This document shows, piece after piece, positions 54,247-64,000 of a DNA stretch of 64,000 bases. Within the stretch, counting starts at the first letter, position 1. Each line of letters starts with the position of its first letter. Both the position numbers and the translations under genes were made by a program. Location: positions 224,001-288,000 of the forward strand of contig CAWDML010000009.1 of the NCBI GenBank assembly GCA_963803435.1. The letters are read 5' to 3'. Source of the stretch: an uncultured delta proteobacterium (GTDB lineage: Bacteria; Myxococcota; Kuafuiibacteriia; Kuafuiibacteriales; Kuafuiibacteriaceae). The notes beneath the pieces were generated by a model. That model was not told where the DNA came from. It saw only the letters and a list, made by a program, of their open reading frames with translations, and searched no databases.

Positions 54247-55730
54247 GTGAAAAAGGTCGCGGTGAGTCTGCTCGCGGTCTCGGCATGCGTGGCGCCGATG
54301 AAGGAGTCGAGCGCGTCCGATCCCAAGGCCCCCATCGAGCTGCTCCCGCCGCTCGGCCACAGGAACGCGCGCGGTCCCGAGCAGCCGGAATTGGCGCCAA
54401 AGCCGGCGGCCGAGGCGCGAGCGATCGTCGGAGGGACGCTGCTGCTGGGGGAGGGCCACCGGATCGAGGACGGCGTGATCCTGTTCGATCAGGGCAAGAT
54501 CGTCGCGGTGGGCAAGCGCGGCGAGGTCTCGGTGCCGAAGGGTGTGAAGACGATCGAGGCGCGCGGCAAGTTCGTGACGCCCGGGTTGATCGACACGCAC
54601 TCGCACATGGGGGTCTACGCGGTCCCGGACACCCTGCCGACCGCGGACGGCAACGAGATGACCGATCCCACCACGCCCTACGTCTTCAGCGAGCACTCGT
54701 TTTGGCCGCAGGATCCGGCGCTGCTCCGGGCGGTGGCCGGCGGCATCACCACCATCCAGGTGCTGCCCGGCAGCGGCAACGTGATCGGCGGGCGCGCCGT
54801 CACGCTCAAGCTCAATCCCCGGCTCGAGGCCCGGGCGATGCGCTTCCCGGGCGCGCCGAACGGTCTGAAGATGGCGTGCGGCGAGAACCCGAAGCGCGTC
54901 TACGGGAGCCGGAATCAGCAGCCGATGTCGCGCATGGGCAACATCTGGAAGCTGCGCGACGCGTACATCAAGGCGAAGGAGTACGCGTTCGATCTCGCCG
55001 CGTACCAGCAGCAGTACGAGGCCTGGGAGAAGAAGCGCGCAGCGGCGGAGAAGGACCCGGACCACGCCAAGGATCCGGCCCCGAACCGCGGGCGCCGGCG
55101 CGCAACGTCGGGCTCGAGACGCTGGCCGACGTGATGGCGGGGAAGATCAAGCTGCACATCCACTGCTACCGCGCGGACGAGATGCTCCTGTTGATCTCGC
55201 TGTCGAAGGAGCTCGGGTTCAAGATCGCGTCCTTCCACCACGCGGTGGAGGCCTACAAGATCGCCGACGTGCTGGCGCGCGAGGGCATCGGCGCCTCGAT
55301 GTGGGCCGACTGGTGGGGCTTCAAGCTGGAGGCCTACGACGCGGTGGAGGCCAACGCGGCGATGGTGGCGGCCGCGGGGGGGATCGCCATCATGCACTCG
55401 GACAGCCCGATCCTCATCCAGCGCCTCAACCAGGAGGCGGCCAAGGCGCTCCACGAGGGCCAGCGCCTGGGGCTGAAGCTGAGCGAGGACGACGCGCTCG
55501 AATGGGTCACGCTCAACCCGGCCAAGGTCCTCGGGATCGATCAGATGACCGGCTCGCTGGCCAAGGGAAAGATGGCGGACGCGGTGATCTGGGATCACAA
55601 CCCGCTCTCGATCTACGCCCGCGCCGAGAAGGTGTTCATCGACGGCGCGCTGGTCTTCGATCGCTCGGCGCCGTCGAAGGCGTGGAGCGACTTCGAGACC
55701 GGCACCGAGATGGAAGGAGTGACGCCGTGA
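54247..55730 (+). CDS. Amidohydrolase lipoprotein (frameshift near 55088)
   Basis: Lipobox 'VSAC'; 'PGLIDTHSH', 'KMACGENPKRVY'; continues in another frame with 'HIHCYRADE', 'HHAVEAYK', 'HSDS', 'TLNPAKVLG'. Confidence 0.88.
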
Positions 55731-56983
55731 TGCGCACCCTGTTCCTGATCTCTCTGTTGGCGGCGGGTCCGGCGGAGGCCGCCGACCTGGCGCTGGTGGG
55801 CGGGGAGGTGCACACGGTCGGCGGCGCGGTCATCCCGAACGGGACGGTGGTGGTGCACGGCGAGCGGATCGTCGCCGTGGGCAAGGACGTCCCCGTGCCC
55901 TCGGGCGCGCAGGTCATCGATTGCCGCGGCAAGGTGATCACGCCCGGTCTGATCGAGAGCGACTCGGCCATCGGGCTGGTGGAGATCGAGCTGATCGACG
56001 AGACCGTCGACAACGTGGTGCGGGTGCCCGATCCGATCCGCGCGGCCGTGCGAGCGGCCGATGCGATCGATCTGCGCTCCACCCTGGTCGCGGTCGCGCG
56101 CCACCACGGCGTGACCTCGGCGGTGTCCGTACCCGTGGGCGGCCTGATCTCGGGGCGCTCGGCCTGGATCGATCTGGTGGCCGAGGACTCGCCGCTCTTG
56201 CCGCAGGCGGTCCTGCCCGACACGGCGATGCACGCGGTCCTGGGCGAGCTGGGCGCCGGGGCCGTGGGACACTCCCGCGCGACCGCCATGTCGAAGTTGC
56301 TGGAGGCGCTCGACGACGCCCGCGTCTACCGGAGCAGCAAGTCGGCGTTCGTCAAGAACGCGCTCTATCACCTCTCGATCAGCCGGCTCGACGCCGAGGC
56401 CTTGCAACCCGTGTTGACCGGACAGATGCGCCTGGTGCTGGCCGCCTCCCGCGCCTCCGATATCAGCGCCGCCCTCCGGATGGCGCAGAAGGAGAAGCTG
56501 AAGATCGCGATCGTGGGCGCCGAGGAAGGCTGGCTGGTCGCAGGCGAGCTCGCCCGCGCCAAGGTCCCGGTGATCGTGGACGCCTTCGCGGATCTCCCCA
56601 CGCGCTTCGAGGCGCGGGGCTCCCGCCTGGACAACGCCGCCCTGCTCGCCAAGGCCGGCGTCGACGTCGCCATCGCGACCCGCTCCAGCCACAACGCCAG
56701 CATGCTCCGCTTCGCCCTGGGCAACGCGGTCCGCTCCGGGCTGCCGAAGGAGGTCGCGCTGGCGGCGGCGACCCGCGTACCCGCGCAGATCTTCGGGAAG
56801 AGCGCGCAGTACGGGACGATCGAGAGGAACAAGGTCGCGAACCTGGTGGTGTGGACCGGCGATCCGTTCGAGCCGGCGAACCACGCGGAGACGGTGGTGA
56901 TCCGCGGCGAAGTGCAGACGACCGAGAGCCGGATGACCCGGCTCGCCGCGAAGCATGCGCGGCGGTTGGGGTTGATCAAATGA
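55730..56983 (+). CDS. Second amidohydrolase-fold protein, metal ligands degenerate
   Basis: Signal peptide; 'TPGLIESDSAIG' (no HxH); 'PAQIFG...GTIERNKVANLVVW'. Confidence 0.85.
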   Translation: MRTLFLISLLAAGPAEAADLALVGGEVHTVGGAVIPNGTVVVHGERIVAVGKDVPVPSGAQVIDCRGKVITPGLIESDSAIGLVEIELIDETVDNVVRVPDPIRAAVRAADAIDLRSTLVAVARHHGVTSAVSVPVGGLISGRSAWIDLVAEDSPLLPQAVLPDTAMHAVLGELGAGAVGHSRATAMSKLLEALDDARVYRSSKSAFVKNALYHLSISRLDAEALQPVLTGQMRLVLAASRASDISAALRMAQKEKLKIAIVGAEEGWLVAGELARAKVPVIVDAFADLPTRFEARGSRLDNAALLAKAGVDVAIATRSSHNASMLRFALGNAVRSGLPKEVALAAATRVPAQIFGKSAQYGTIERNKVANLVVWTGDPFEPANHAETVVIRGEVQTTESRMTRLAAKHARRLGLIK

Positions 56984-57081
56984 CTTCGCGCGACGCCCGC
57001 ACGGCCGCCCTGAGACCGTCACCGTCGCGGCCAGGCAGCACGGTCGCGTGAACCGGCACGGTTAGGACCGGTTGTAGGCCG

Positions 57082-57792
57082 TCAGGCCGGTCGCGCCGCC
57101 CCCAGCGATCGCTTCCAGCGCGCCAGCTCCGGGGGGAGCTCGGCCTCGAACCGCATCGGCTTGCGCGTGCGCGGGTGGACGAACCCGAGCACGGCCGCGT
57201 GGAGGAAGATCCGCTCCGTGCCCTGACGCCCGCCGGCGTACTTGCGCTCTCCGAGCAGCGGATGGCCTGCGTCGGCGAAGTGCACGCGGATCTGATTCCT
57301 GAGCCCGGTCTCCAGCCGGACCTCGACCAGCGTGGCGCTCGGGTAGCGCTCGATCGCGCGCCAGTGGGTGACGGCGCGCCGCGCCGCCCGATCTTTCTGA
57401 TCGGGATCCGAGTACACCCGCAGGGACGGGTCGTCGGTGACGAGCGGGCTGTCGAACGTGCCCTCGTCCGCGGTGAGCCTCCCGGCGACCGCGGCCAGGT
57501 AGCGGCGCTCCACGGTGTGCGCGGCGAACTGCTCGATGAGCCGCGCTTGATCCGAGGCCGTACGTGCGTAGACGAGCAGCCCCGAGACCACCCGATCGAG
57601 GCGGTGCACCGGGAAGACTCCGGTCGAGCGCGCGCCCAGGAAGGCGCGCAGGAGGGAGAGCATGTCCTCGCCCCGACCCGAGCCCGTCCGCTGCGAGAGC
57701 ACGCCGGCCTTCTTCTCCACGACCAGGATCGCGGTGTCCTTGTGTCGGACCAGGAAGCGGTCCGATGGGCGCCAGCGAGTCCGCAGCGTCAT
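57082..57792 (-). CDS. RluA-family pseudouridine synthase
   Basis: 'VHRLDRVVSGLL', 'LETGLRNQIRVH', 'GHPLLGERKY', 'LHAAVLGFVHP'. Confidence 0.92.
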   Translation of the reverse strand: MTLRTRWRPSDRFLVRHKDTAILVVEKKAGVLSQRTGSGRGEDMLSLLRAFLGARSTGVFPVHRLDRVVSGLLVYARTASDQARLIEQFAAHTVERRYLAAVAGRLTADEGTFDSPLVTDDPSLRVYSDPDQKDRAARRAVTHWRAIERYPSATLVEVRLETGLRNQIRVHFADAGHPLLGERKYAGGRQGTERIFLHAAVLGFVHPRTRKPMRFEAELPPELARWKRSLGAARPA

Positions 57793-57883
57793 TGCATTCT
57801 AAGTGCCTGAATTCCCTGCCGGGTCAAGCGAAGCTGTGCGGGCTCGACCTCCGGGCCAATCGCTGGTCTATTGCTCCTCCGCC

Positions 57884-60800
57884 GTGAACGGTTCGGAGAA
57901 TGGGAGAGGGGCCGATTCCTCGCTGGTCGCGCGCGCGACGCGGGATCTGAGGACGCGCTCCGCGGTGAGCTGGAGCGAGTTCCTCCCCCGGTATCTCCTG
58001 ATCGAGGAGGCGCTCCCCAAGCGGAGCGTCCTCGAGGTCGGCACCGTCGACATCCGCTCGCTGATGAGGCTCTCCGAGGCCGGCGCCGCGCGCGTCCTGG
58101 GGACGTCGCACGATCCGACGCGCTTCGATCGCGCCGTCTTTCGCGGGCGGGCCATCGACATGCTGCGGATGGAGCCGGGACGACTCGACTTCGGCGACGC
58201 CGCCTTCGAGGTCATCCTGGTGGTGGACCTCGCGCGGGAGCTGGCCCACAACCGCGGCTTCCTGGCCGACCTGCGGCGCATCCTCCGTCCGGACGGGATC
58301 TGCGTCCTCGGCTACGCGGCCAGCGGACGGTCGCTGGTCGAGCTGATCGACGAGGATCCCAAGATCCTGGCCATCGAGCCCAGCGAGCTGGAGGCCGCGG
58401 TCCGGGTTGCCTTTCCCGACGCGCGCTTCTACCTCCAGGCGCCCTTCGTCGGCGTCACGATCCACCCGAAGGGCGTGGACCCGGCGCGGGCAGACGTTTC
58501 GCTGGATCCGTCGCTCGCGGGCACGCCGGCGCCGAGCCACGTGATCGCGCTGGCGGGCCGGGCCCCCGACGCCTCCTATCGCACGCTGGTCGAGCTCCCG
58601 TTCGTCGCGTTCGAGGCGATGACCGAGGCGGTCCAGGAGCGCACGCAGTCCGATCTCTCCCGGCTGCTGGCCGCCCTCCGCGCCGCGCGCGAGCAGATCG
58701 CGGAGCGCGATCGCTCCCTCGACGCCATCCGGAAGCGACTCCCCAAGATCCGGGAGGCGATCGTGGCCAGCCGCAAGAGCGCCGCGACCTCGGAGGCGGT
58801 CCCCTCGCCGACGATCTTCGAGCGACCCAGCGAGGACCAGCGCGTCGCCGACCTCGAGGCGCGCCTGGCCGGCCTCGACGAAGCCCTCCGGGAGGAGCGC
58901 ACCCGGCGGATCGCGGCCGAGACCCGGATCGAGGTGCTCGGGGACGAGGACGTCAACGACACCGTCATCCAGGACGCCGAGGTCGCGGTCCTGGAGCGCG
59001 CGCTCGTGGATCGCGAGCAGGAGAAGCTGCGTTTCGAGGCCGAGCTGGTGGCGCTCCGCGAGCTGGACCGCGAGCGCGCCGGCGACGTGGCCCTGCTCGA
59101 GTCTCGGACCCGCGAGCTGGAGATGGACCTCGAGCGGACGCGCGCGATGTCCCGCGAGCGCGACTCGGATCGAGCCGAGCTCGGCGAAGCGCGGCGCCGG
59201 ATCACGCACCTCGAGCGGACCGCGTCGGCGCAGGAGCAGGAGCTCGACGAGCTCCGGCGCGAGCTCGAGAGCCAGTTCCTGGTGCGCCACTCCCTCGGCG
59301 ACGAGTTCCGCGACTCGGAGGCGCGGATCGCCTTCCTCAACGGACGGCTCGAGGATCTCGCGCTCAGCCACGCGAAGGAGCTCGAGCGCGCCGAGGAGCG
59401 GATCGTCTTCCTCACCTCTGCGCTCAACACGGCGGACCTCGAGCGCGAGACCCTGCGCACGGATCTCGTCCAGCTCGACGAGACCGTGCGCGAGATGACC
59501 GAGCGGACCGAGCGCGCCGAGCGGCGTCATCGGACGCTGGCGCAGGAGCTCGAGAGCGAGCGGACCGCCCACTACCACGTCCGAGACCGGCTCGATCGGC
59601 TGCAGATGGAGACGCACGAACGTTCCTCGTCGACCGATCGACTGGAGCGCGCGCTGGCGGACCGCGACGTCGAGATCGCGCTGCTCAAGAAGGATCACAG
59701 CGCGGTGGGCGTGGATCGTCGCGCGGTCGAGCTGGCGGCGGCGCACCTCTCCAAGGAGGTCGAGCAGCTCCGGAAGCGCGTGCAAGAGCTCCGGAACGAG
59801 CGCGACACGCTGGCGGCCACCTCGCGGCTCCTCCTGGAGGAGCGCGACGCCGCCGCGACCCTGGCGCGACGAGCCGTGGAGGCGGAGGACCGGGCGCAGC
59901 AGCTCCAGCTCTCGCTCGAGGGCGGCCAGGCAGCGATCGAGCGTCTCGAGCGCGAGTGCGACGACGTCTGCCTCCAGCGGGACGCGTTCGAGCAGCGCTA
60001 CCTCGAGTCGCAAGAGCGCTTGCGGATGCTCGAGAAAGACCTCGAGCGCAACCGCGCCTCGCACGCGCTGGCCAGCGGCCGCCTGGGCGAGGAGCAGTCG
60101 CGGCAGCACGCGCTCGATCGCAAGCTGGCCGAGCTGTCCGGGCGGGTGAACGTTGCCGAGGCTCAGCGCGATCGAGCGGTGGCGGACCGGTCGCGTCTCG
60201 AGGAGATCACGATCGACGCGCACCGGGAGGCGACCAACGCGACGCGCGACGTGCGGCGGCTCGAGGCCCGGATCGTCGAGCTGTTCGAGGTCCAGAAGGA
60301 GGCTGAGCAACAGGTCGGTCGGATCCTGTCGGAGCGCGCGAAGGCGGAGGCCGACGCGATCGGCGCGCGCGCGCTCGCCGACGGCTTCCGCGGCAAGAAC
60401 GCGCTCCTGGTGGCCGAGGTCGCGGAGCTGGAGGCGCGGGTCGAACGTGCGCGGGCCGAGGGCGGCGGCCGGGAGCGGGCGCTCGTGGACCGGCTGGCCC
60501 GCGCCACCCGGGCCGTGGAGCAGACCGAGCTGGCGCTCTCGAAGACGTTGTCCGAGGCCGCCGGCCTGGACGCGCGGCTCAAGGAGCTCGAGCGCCTGGC
60601 GGAGGCCGGCGAGCGCGAGCGGATTCGAGATCGAGGATCAGCGTCAAGCCGCGGAGTCGGCCCGCCGCAGCGCCGAGGCGGCCCGGGCCCACGCAATCGC
60701 GGAGGTGCGCGCGCTCTCGGCGGAGCGCTCCCAGCTGATCGCGCGCTTCGAGGCGGAGCTCCACGCGTCCCGAGAGCGGATCCGCGAGCTCGAAGGCGAC

Positions 60801-62780
60801 GACACCCAACAGCGGCGGCTCCAGCATCTCGAGGAGGAGCGGTTCGCGCTGCTGGTGTGGGCGGAGGAGCTCGAGGTCTCGCGACGACTCGCCGAGGAGA
60901 GCGCGGATCGGCTGCGTACCGACTCGGCGCGCCACCAGGTGGCGAGCGAGGAGGCGGCGCTCGAGGCCCGGGTCCTCGACGTGAAGCTGGCCGAGCTTCA
61001 GCGGTCGCTGGGCATGTCCCCCGGCGGCGGCGATGCGGCCGATCGGGAGGCGCTGGAGGCGCGGCTCGCCTTGGTCGAGGTGGAGCGGTCGCGCTTCCGG
61101 GACGAGCTGGTGGCGGCGAAGGGGGCGCTCCTCGACCAGGACGAGCGGATCGATCACCTCGAGCTGACGAACGCGGAGCTCCGTGCGCGGATGGCCGACC
61201 TTCAGGCGCAGGCCCGGGCCGCGGACGCGGAGCTGACCGAGGCCCTCGACTGGTTGACCGCGTCCCAGCGTCGGGCCTCCGCCTCGGAGTCCAAGCTGAA
61301 CCAGGCCGCCAAGGAGCTGCTCGACGTGAACGAGCGGCTGCTCGAGGTGTGCGCGGAGCTGGAGAAGGCGCGCGCCGCGCGGGCGGATCTCGAGTCGAAG
61401 AACGAGCTCCTGGCCGGGGATCTCCAGCGGCTGGACGAGGTCTCGGAGGCGCTCGCCCGCGCGCGCGGAGAGACGGGGGCGCTGAGCGCGGCGCTCGAGG
61501 AGACGCGATCGCTGGCGGAGCGGGCGGAGCGCCGGGCCCGGGAGCTCGAGACCCGCGTCCTCGAGGTCGGACGCCTGCGCGAGCAGCTCCGCGACGCCGC
61601 GCAACGGCTCGCCATGCTGGACGCCGCCGAGCGCGAGGCGCTGGACCTCCGCGGGGAGCTGGCCGGGGCGCAAGCGGAGTCGGCGGACCTGCGCTCGAAG
61701 CTGGAGGCGTCGGTGGCGGAGCTCGGCTGGGCCACCAGCGAGTCCGCGTCGCTCCGCTCGAGGCTGCACGTGAGCGTCAGCCGGGTCACCGAGCTGGAGG
61801 ACGCGCTCGCCAAGGCGCGCGAACGGATCGGCGCCTTGGATGCGGGCACGCGAGAGGCCTCCGAGCTGGCGACGCGGCTCGCCAAGGTGGAGCGCCGGGT
61901 GACGGAGCTCCAGAGCGCGCTGTCCCGGGCGGAGCTCAAGGCGGCCGGGGCCGAGGCAGCCTCGCGGGAGGCGGCCGATCTGCGCGCGAGGCTCCAGGAG
62001 GCGCACCGCAAGGTGGTCGAGCTGGAGTCGCGCCCGAGCGCCGACGGCCTCGAGGAGCGCGCGCGACGCGCCGAGGAGATGCTGGAGCGGGAGACGAACG
62101 CCTCGCGCGAGTCGGAGACGCGCGTGCGTAACGCCGAGCTGATCGCGAAGAACGCCGAGGACCGCGCGAACGCCGCCGTGAACCAGCGGCGGACCGCGGA
62201 GGCCCGCACGCTCGACGCGGAGACCAAGTCGAAGCAGGCCGAGCGCCGGCTGCTCGAGGCCGAGCAACGGGTGAAGCAGCTCGAGGGCCAGCTGGCCGCC
62301 GGCGATCTCGGCGGAGGCGACGAGGCGGCGCCGCTGCGTGCGCTCGTCGCGACGCTGGAGCAGACGCTCGACGATGCCCGCGCCGACGTGGGACGCAAGC
62401 TTGGCGAGCTGCGCTCGGCGCGCGAGGAGCGCGCCCGGATCCAGCACGACCTCGAGGAAGAGAAGCAGCGTCGGGCGGCGCTCGAGGAGAAGCTGTCGCG
62501 TCAGGGCGACGCGGAGCGGCTCAAGGACGAGGTCGATCGCCGAGATCAGCAGATCGCGAGGTTTCGCGCCGACGCTGCCTCGATGATGGCGGAGAAGAGC
62601 CGGCTGCGATCGCTGATCCAGAGCTCCGAGCAGAATCAGGTCCAGCTCGAGCGCAGGATCGCCGAGCTCGAGACCTCGCTGGCCGAGAGCAACCAACAGG
62701 TCGAGCTGTTACGCCGCGATCTCAGCGAGCGTACTGAACGCCTGCGCCGATTGAGCAGCGGCATCAATGAGCCGGGGTGA
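57884..62780 (+). CDS. Methyltransferase-like N-terminal domain plus very long coiled coil (~1630 aa after repairing one indel near 60623)
   Basis: 'SVLEVG...LDFGDAAFEVI...LRRILRPDG', then heptad-rich E/R/A/L sequence. ORF 57803 turns to shadow-frame sequence at the point where ORF 60153 becomes coiled coil. Confidence 0.8.
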
Positions 62781-63681
62781 ACAGCCCGACTCCGTCCGGG
62801 GACCGTCCTGGATTGACCAGAGGCCTGAACCTGACCATCGTCGGGAGGCCGTGGATCCCGACTTCAGGCCGACCCCCTTGATCCGCCTGGCGCGTTTTTC
62901 ACCCCGGCAGGCGGTCTGGGCGAAGGCCGAGCTGCTGCACCCCTCCGGGAGCGCGTACGACCGGATCGCGCGGCCCCTGCTGGAGCGCGCGGGCGACGTC
63001 CCCGCGGTGGTCGCGGGCGCCGGCTCCGTGTGCCTCGCGTTTTGCCGTGCGGCTGCGCTGCTCCGGCGCGACGTCACCGTCGTCTGCCCCCAGTCCACCG
63101 TCCCCGAACACCTCGAGCTTCTGTCGCAGCATGCGGCGCACGTGGAGACCAGCCCGCGCGAGCTCGGCCTGCTGGGTGCCCATCTTCGCGCTCAGGAGAT
63201 CGTCGAGCGCGAGGGACGCGTGCTCCTGTTCTCGGTGCGCGTCACCCATGCGGCGGCCGAGCTCTTCGCCGACAGCCTCGGCGAGGAGCTCGTGGACGCG
63301 TTCGAGCGCATCGATCCCAAGCCCGCTCACGTGGTGGCGCCGGTGGCCGCCGGAGCGCTCCTCGGCGGGGTCGGGCTGGCGCTCGCACGCGCAGGATTTC
63401 ATGCCGAGCTGGTCGGCGTGGTGCGGCCGGACGTGGAGAGCCTGCAGGACGGCACGGTCGAGGGGAGCGAGGTGCTCGACGAGGCGATCGTGAAGGTCGC
63501 GGTCTCCGATCGAGAGGCGTTCGAGACGCGGCTGGCGCTGGCCCGGACCGAAGGGATGCTGGTCGGCATGGGCTCGGCGGCGGCCGTCCGCGTCGCGGTG
63601 GCCCGCGCCGAGCCCTCGATCGCGATCGTGGTGGACGCCGGCGACCGCTACTTCTCCGTCGATCGGAGGCTCACCGCGTGA
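62767..63681 (+). CDS. Cysteine synthase-like PLP fold-type II protein lacking the Schiff-base lysine
   Basis: 'TPLIRL', 'KAELLHPSGSAYDR', 'LARTEGMLVGMGSAA', 'DAGDRYFS'. Confidence 0.8.
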   Translation: MSRGEQPDSVRGPSWIDQRPEPDHRREAVDPDFRPTPLIRLARFSPRQAVWAKAELLHPSGSAYDRIARPLLERAGDVPAVVAGAGSVCLAFCRAAALLRRDVTVVCPQSTVPEHLELLSQHAAHVETSPRELGLLGAHLRAQEIVEREGRVLLFSVRVTHAAAELFADSLGEELVDAFERIDPKPAHVVAPVAAGALLGGVGLALARAGFHAELVGVVRPDVESLQDGTVEGSEVLDEAIVKVAVSDREAFETRLALARTEGMLVGMGSAAAVRVAVARAEPSIAIVVDAGDRYFSVDRRLTA

Positions 63682-64000
63682 GGCTCCTGGTGATCGGCGC
63701 CGGCGGGCTCGGCGCCCCGGCTCTCCTCGGCCTGGGCGCGCGAGGGTTCCAGAGCTTGACGCTCCTCGATCCGGATCGCGTCGAGCTCCAGAATCTTCAC
63801 CGGCAGATCTTGTATCGTGAGCGCGACGTGGGACGCCCGAAGGTCGAGTGTGCCGCGGCGGCCCTCGCGTCGTATTTTCCGGGGATCGAGATCGACGCGC
63901 GTCCCGTCGCGTTCTGCGCCGAGAACCGCAACCTGGTCGCGGAGCACGAGGTGGTGCTGGACGCGACCGACGGCTTCGAGACCAAGCTCGCCCTCAACGA
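63678..64000 (+). CDS. HesA/MoeB/ThiF-family adenylyltransferase (partial, runs off the window)
   Basis: 'LLVIGAGGLG', 'DPDRVELQNLHRQILY', 'VVLDATDGFETK'; GTGA overlap with the upstream stop. Confidence 0.9.
   Translation, partial: MRLLVIGAGGLGAPALLGLGARGFQSLTLLDPDRVELQNLHRQILYRERDVGRPKVECAAAALASYFPGIEIDARPVAFCAENRNLVAEHEVVLDATDGFETKLALN

Noticed and set aside
60600-60650. Possible programmed frameshifting in the coiled-coil gene (also at 55088, 39250, 28757)
   Set aside because: No slippery heptamer or homopolymer run at these sites, and similar indels are scattered through unrelated genes, pointing to sequencing error.
57884-62780. SMC/Wadjet-type ATPase
   Set aside because: No Walker A/B or signature motif and no kleisin or jet partner genes.
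1-64000. Many long overlapping ORFs in alternative frames (e.g. 61-1722, 17728-20145, 17759-20236, 39296-42196, 57824-60310)
   Set aside because: Arg/Pro/Gly/Ala-rich or antisense shadow frames of real genes, as expected at this GC content; no family motifs.

Overview
Very GC-rich (about 70%, estimated by eye), gene-dense bacterial DNA with a Myxococcota/deltaproteobacterial gene repertoire (several Hanks-type kinases, DUF2330, STAND-TPR regulator, lipoproteins with DTG/DAG repeats). The taxonomy is inferred. About 50 CDS can be supported. I saw no rRNA, tRNA or CRISPR array, and there is one small IS4-type transposase remnant. Several genes carry single-base indels, most likely long-read consensus errors. 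Two systems stand out. (1) At 30.4-36.4 kb, an operon of PP2C phosphatase, YegI-type kinase, nicotinamidase-like hydrolase and vWA protein sits behind an AT-rich palindrome, with an NrtR (Nudix-wHTH) ADP-ribose sensor about 1 kb downstream. It resembles a TerY-P triad wired to NAD+ breakdown products. (2) A repeated intergenic motif, GCAAC-N16/17-CGATAA (sigma28/FliA-like -10 with a non-canonical -35), precedes four dispersed genes that lack signal peptides. These include a bacterial homologue of the oomycete GP42 transglutaminase elicitor with a Pep-13-like peptide (followed by an HExxH protein) and an N-terminally extended flavin oxidase, suggesting a secreted-effector regulon. Other oddities are an orphan nuoL with a coiled-coil insertion, a secretin lacking its barrel, a pseudokinase, a kinase plus NTT-HEAT transporter pair, and a cysteine-synthase-like protein lacking the PLP lysine downstream of a ~1600-aa methyltransferase-coiled-coil protein.
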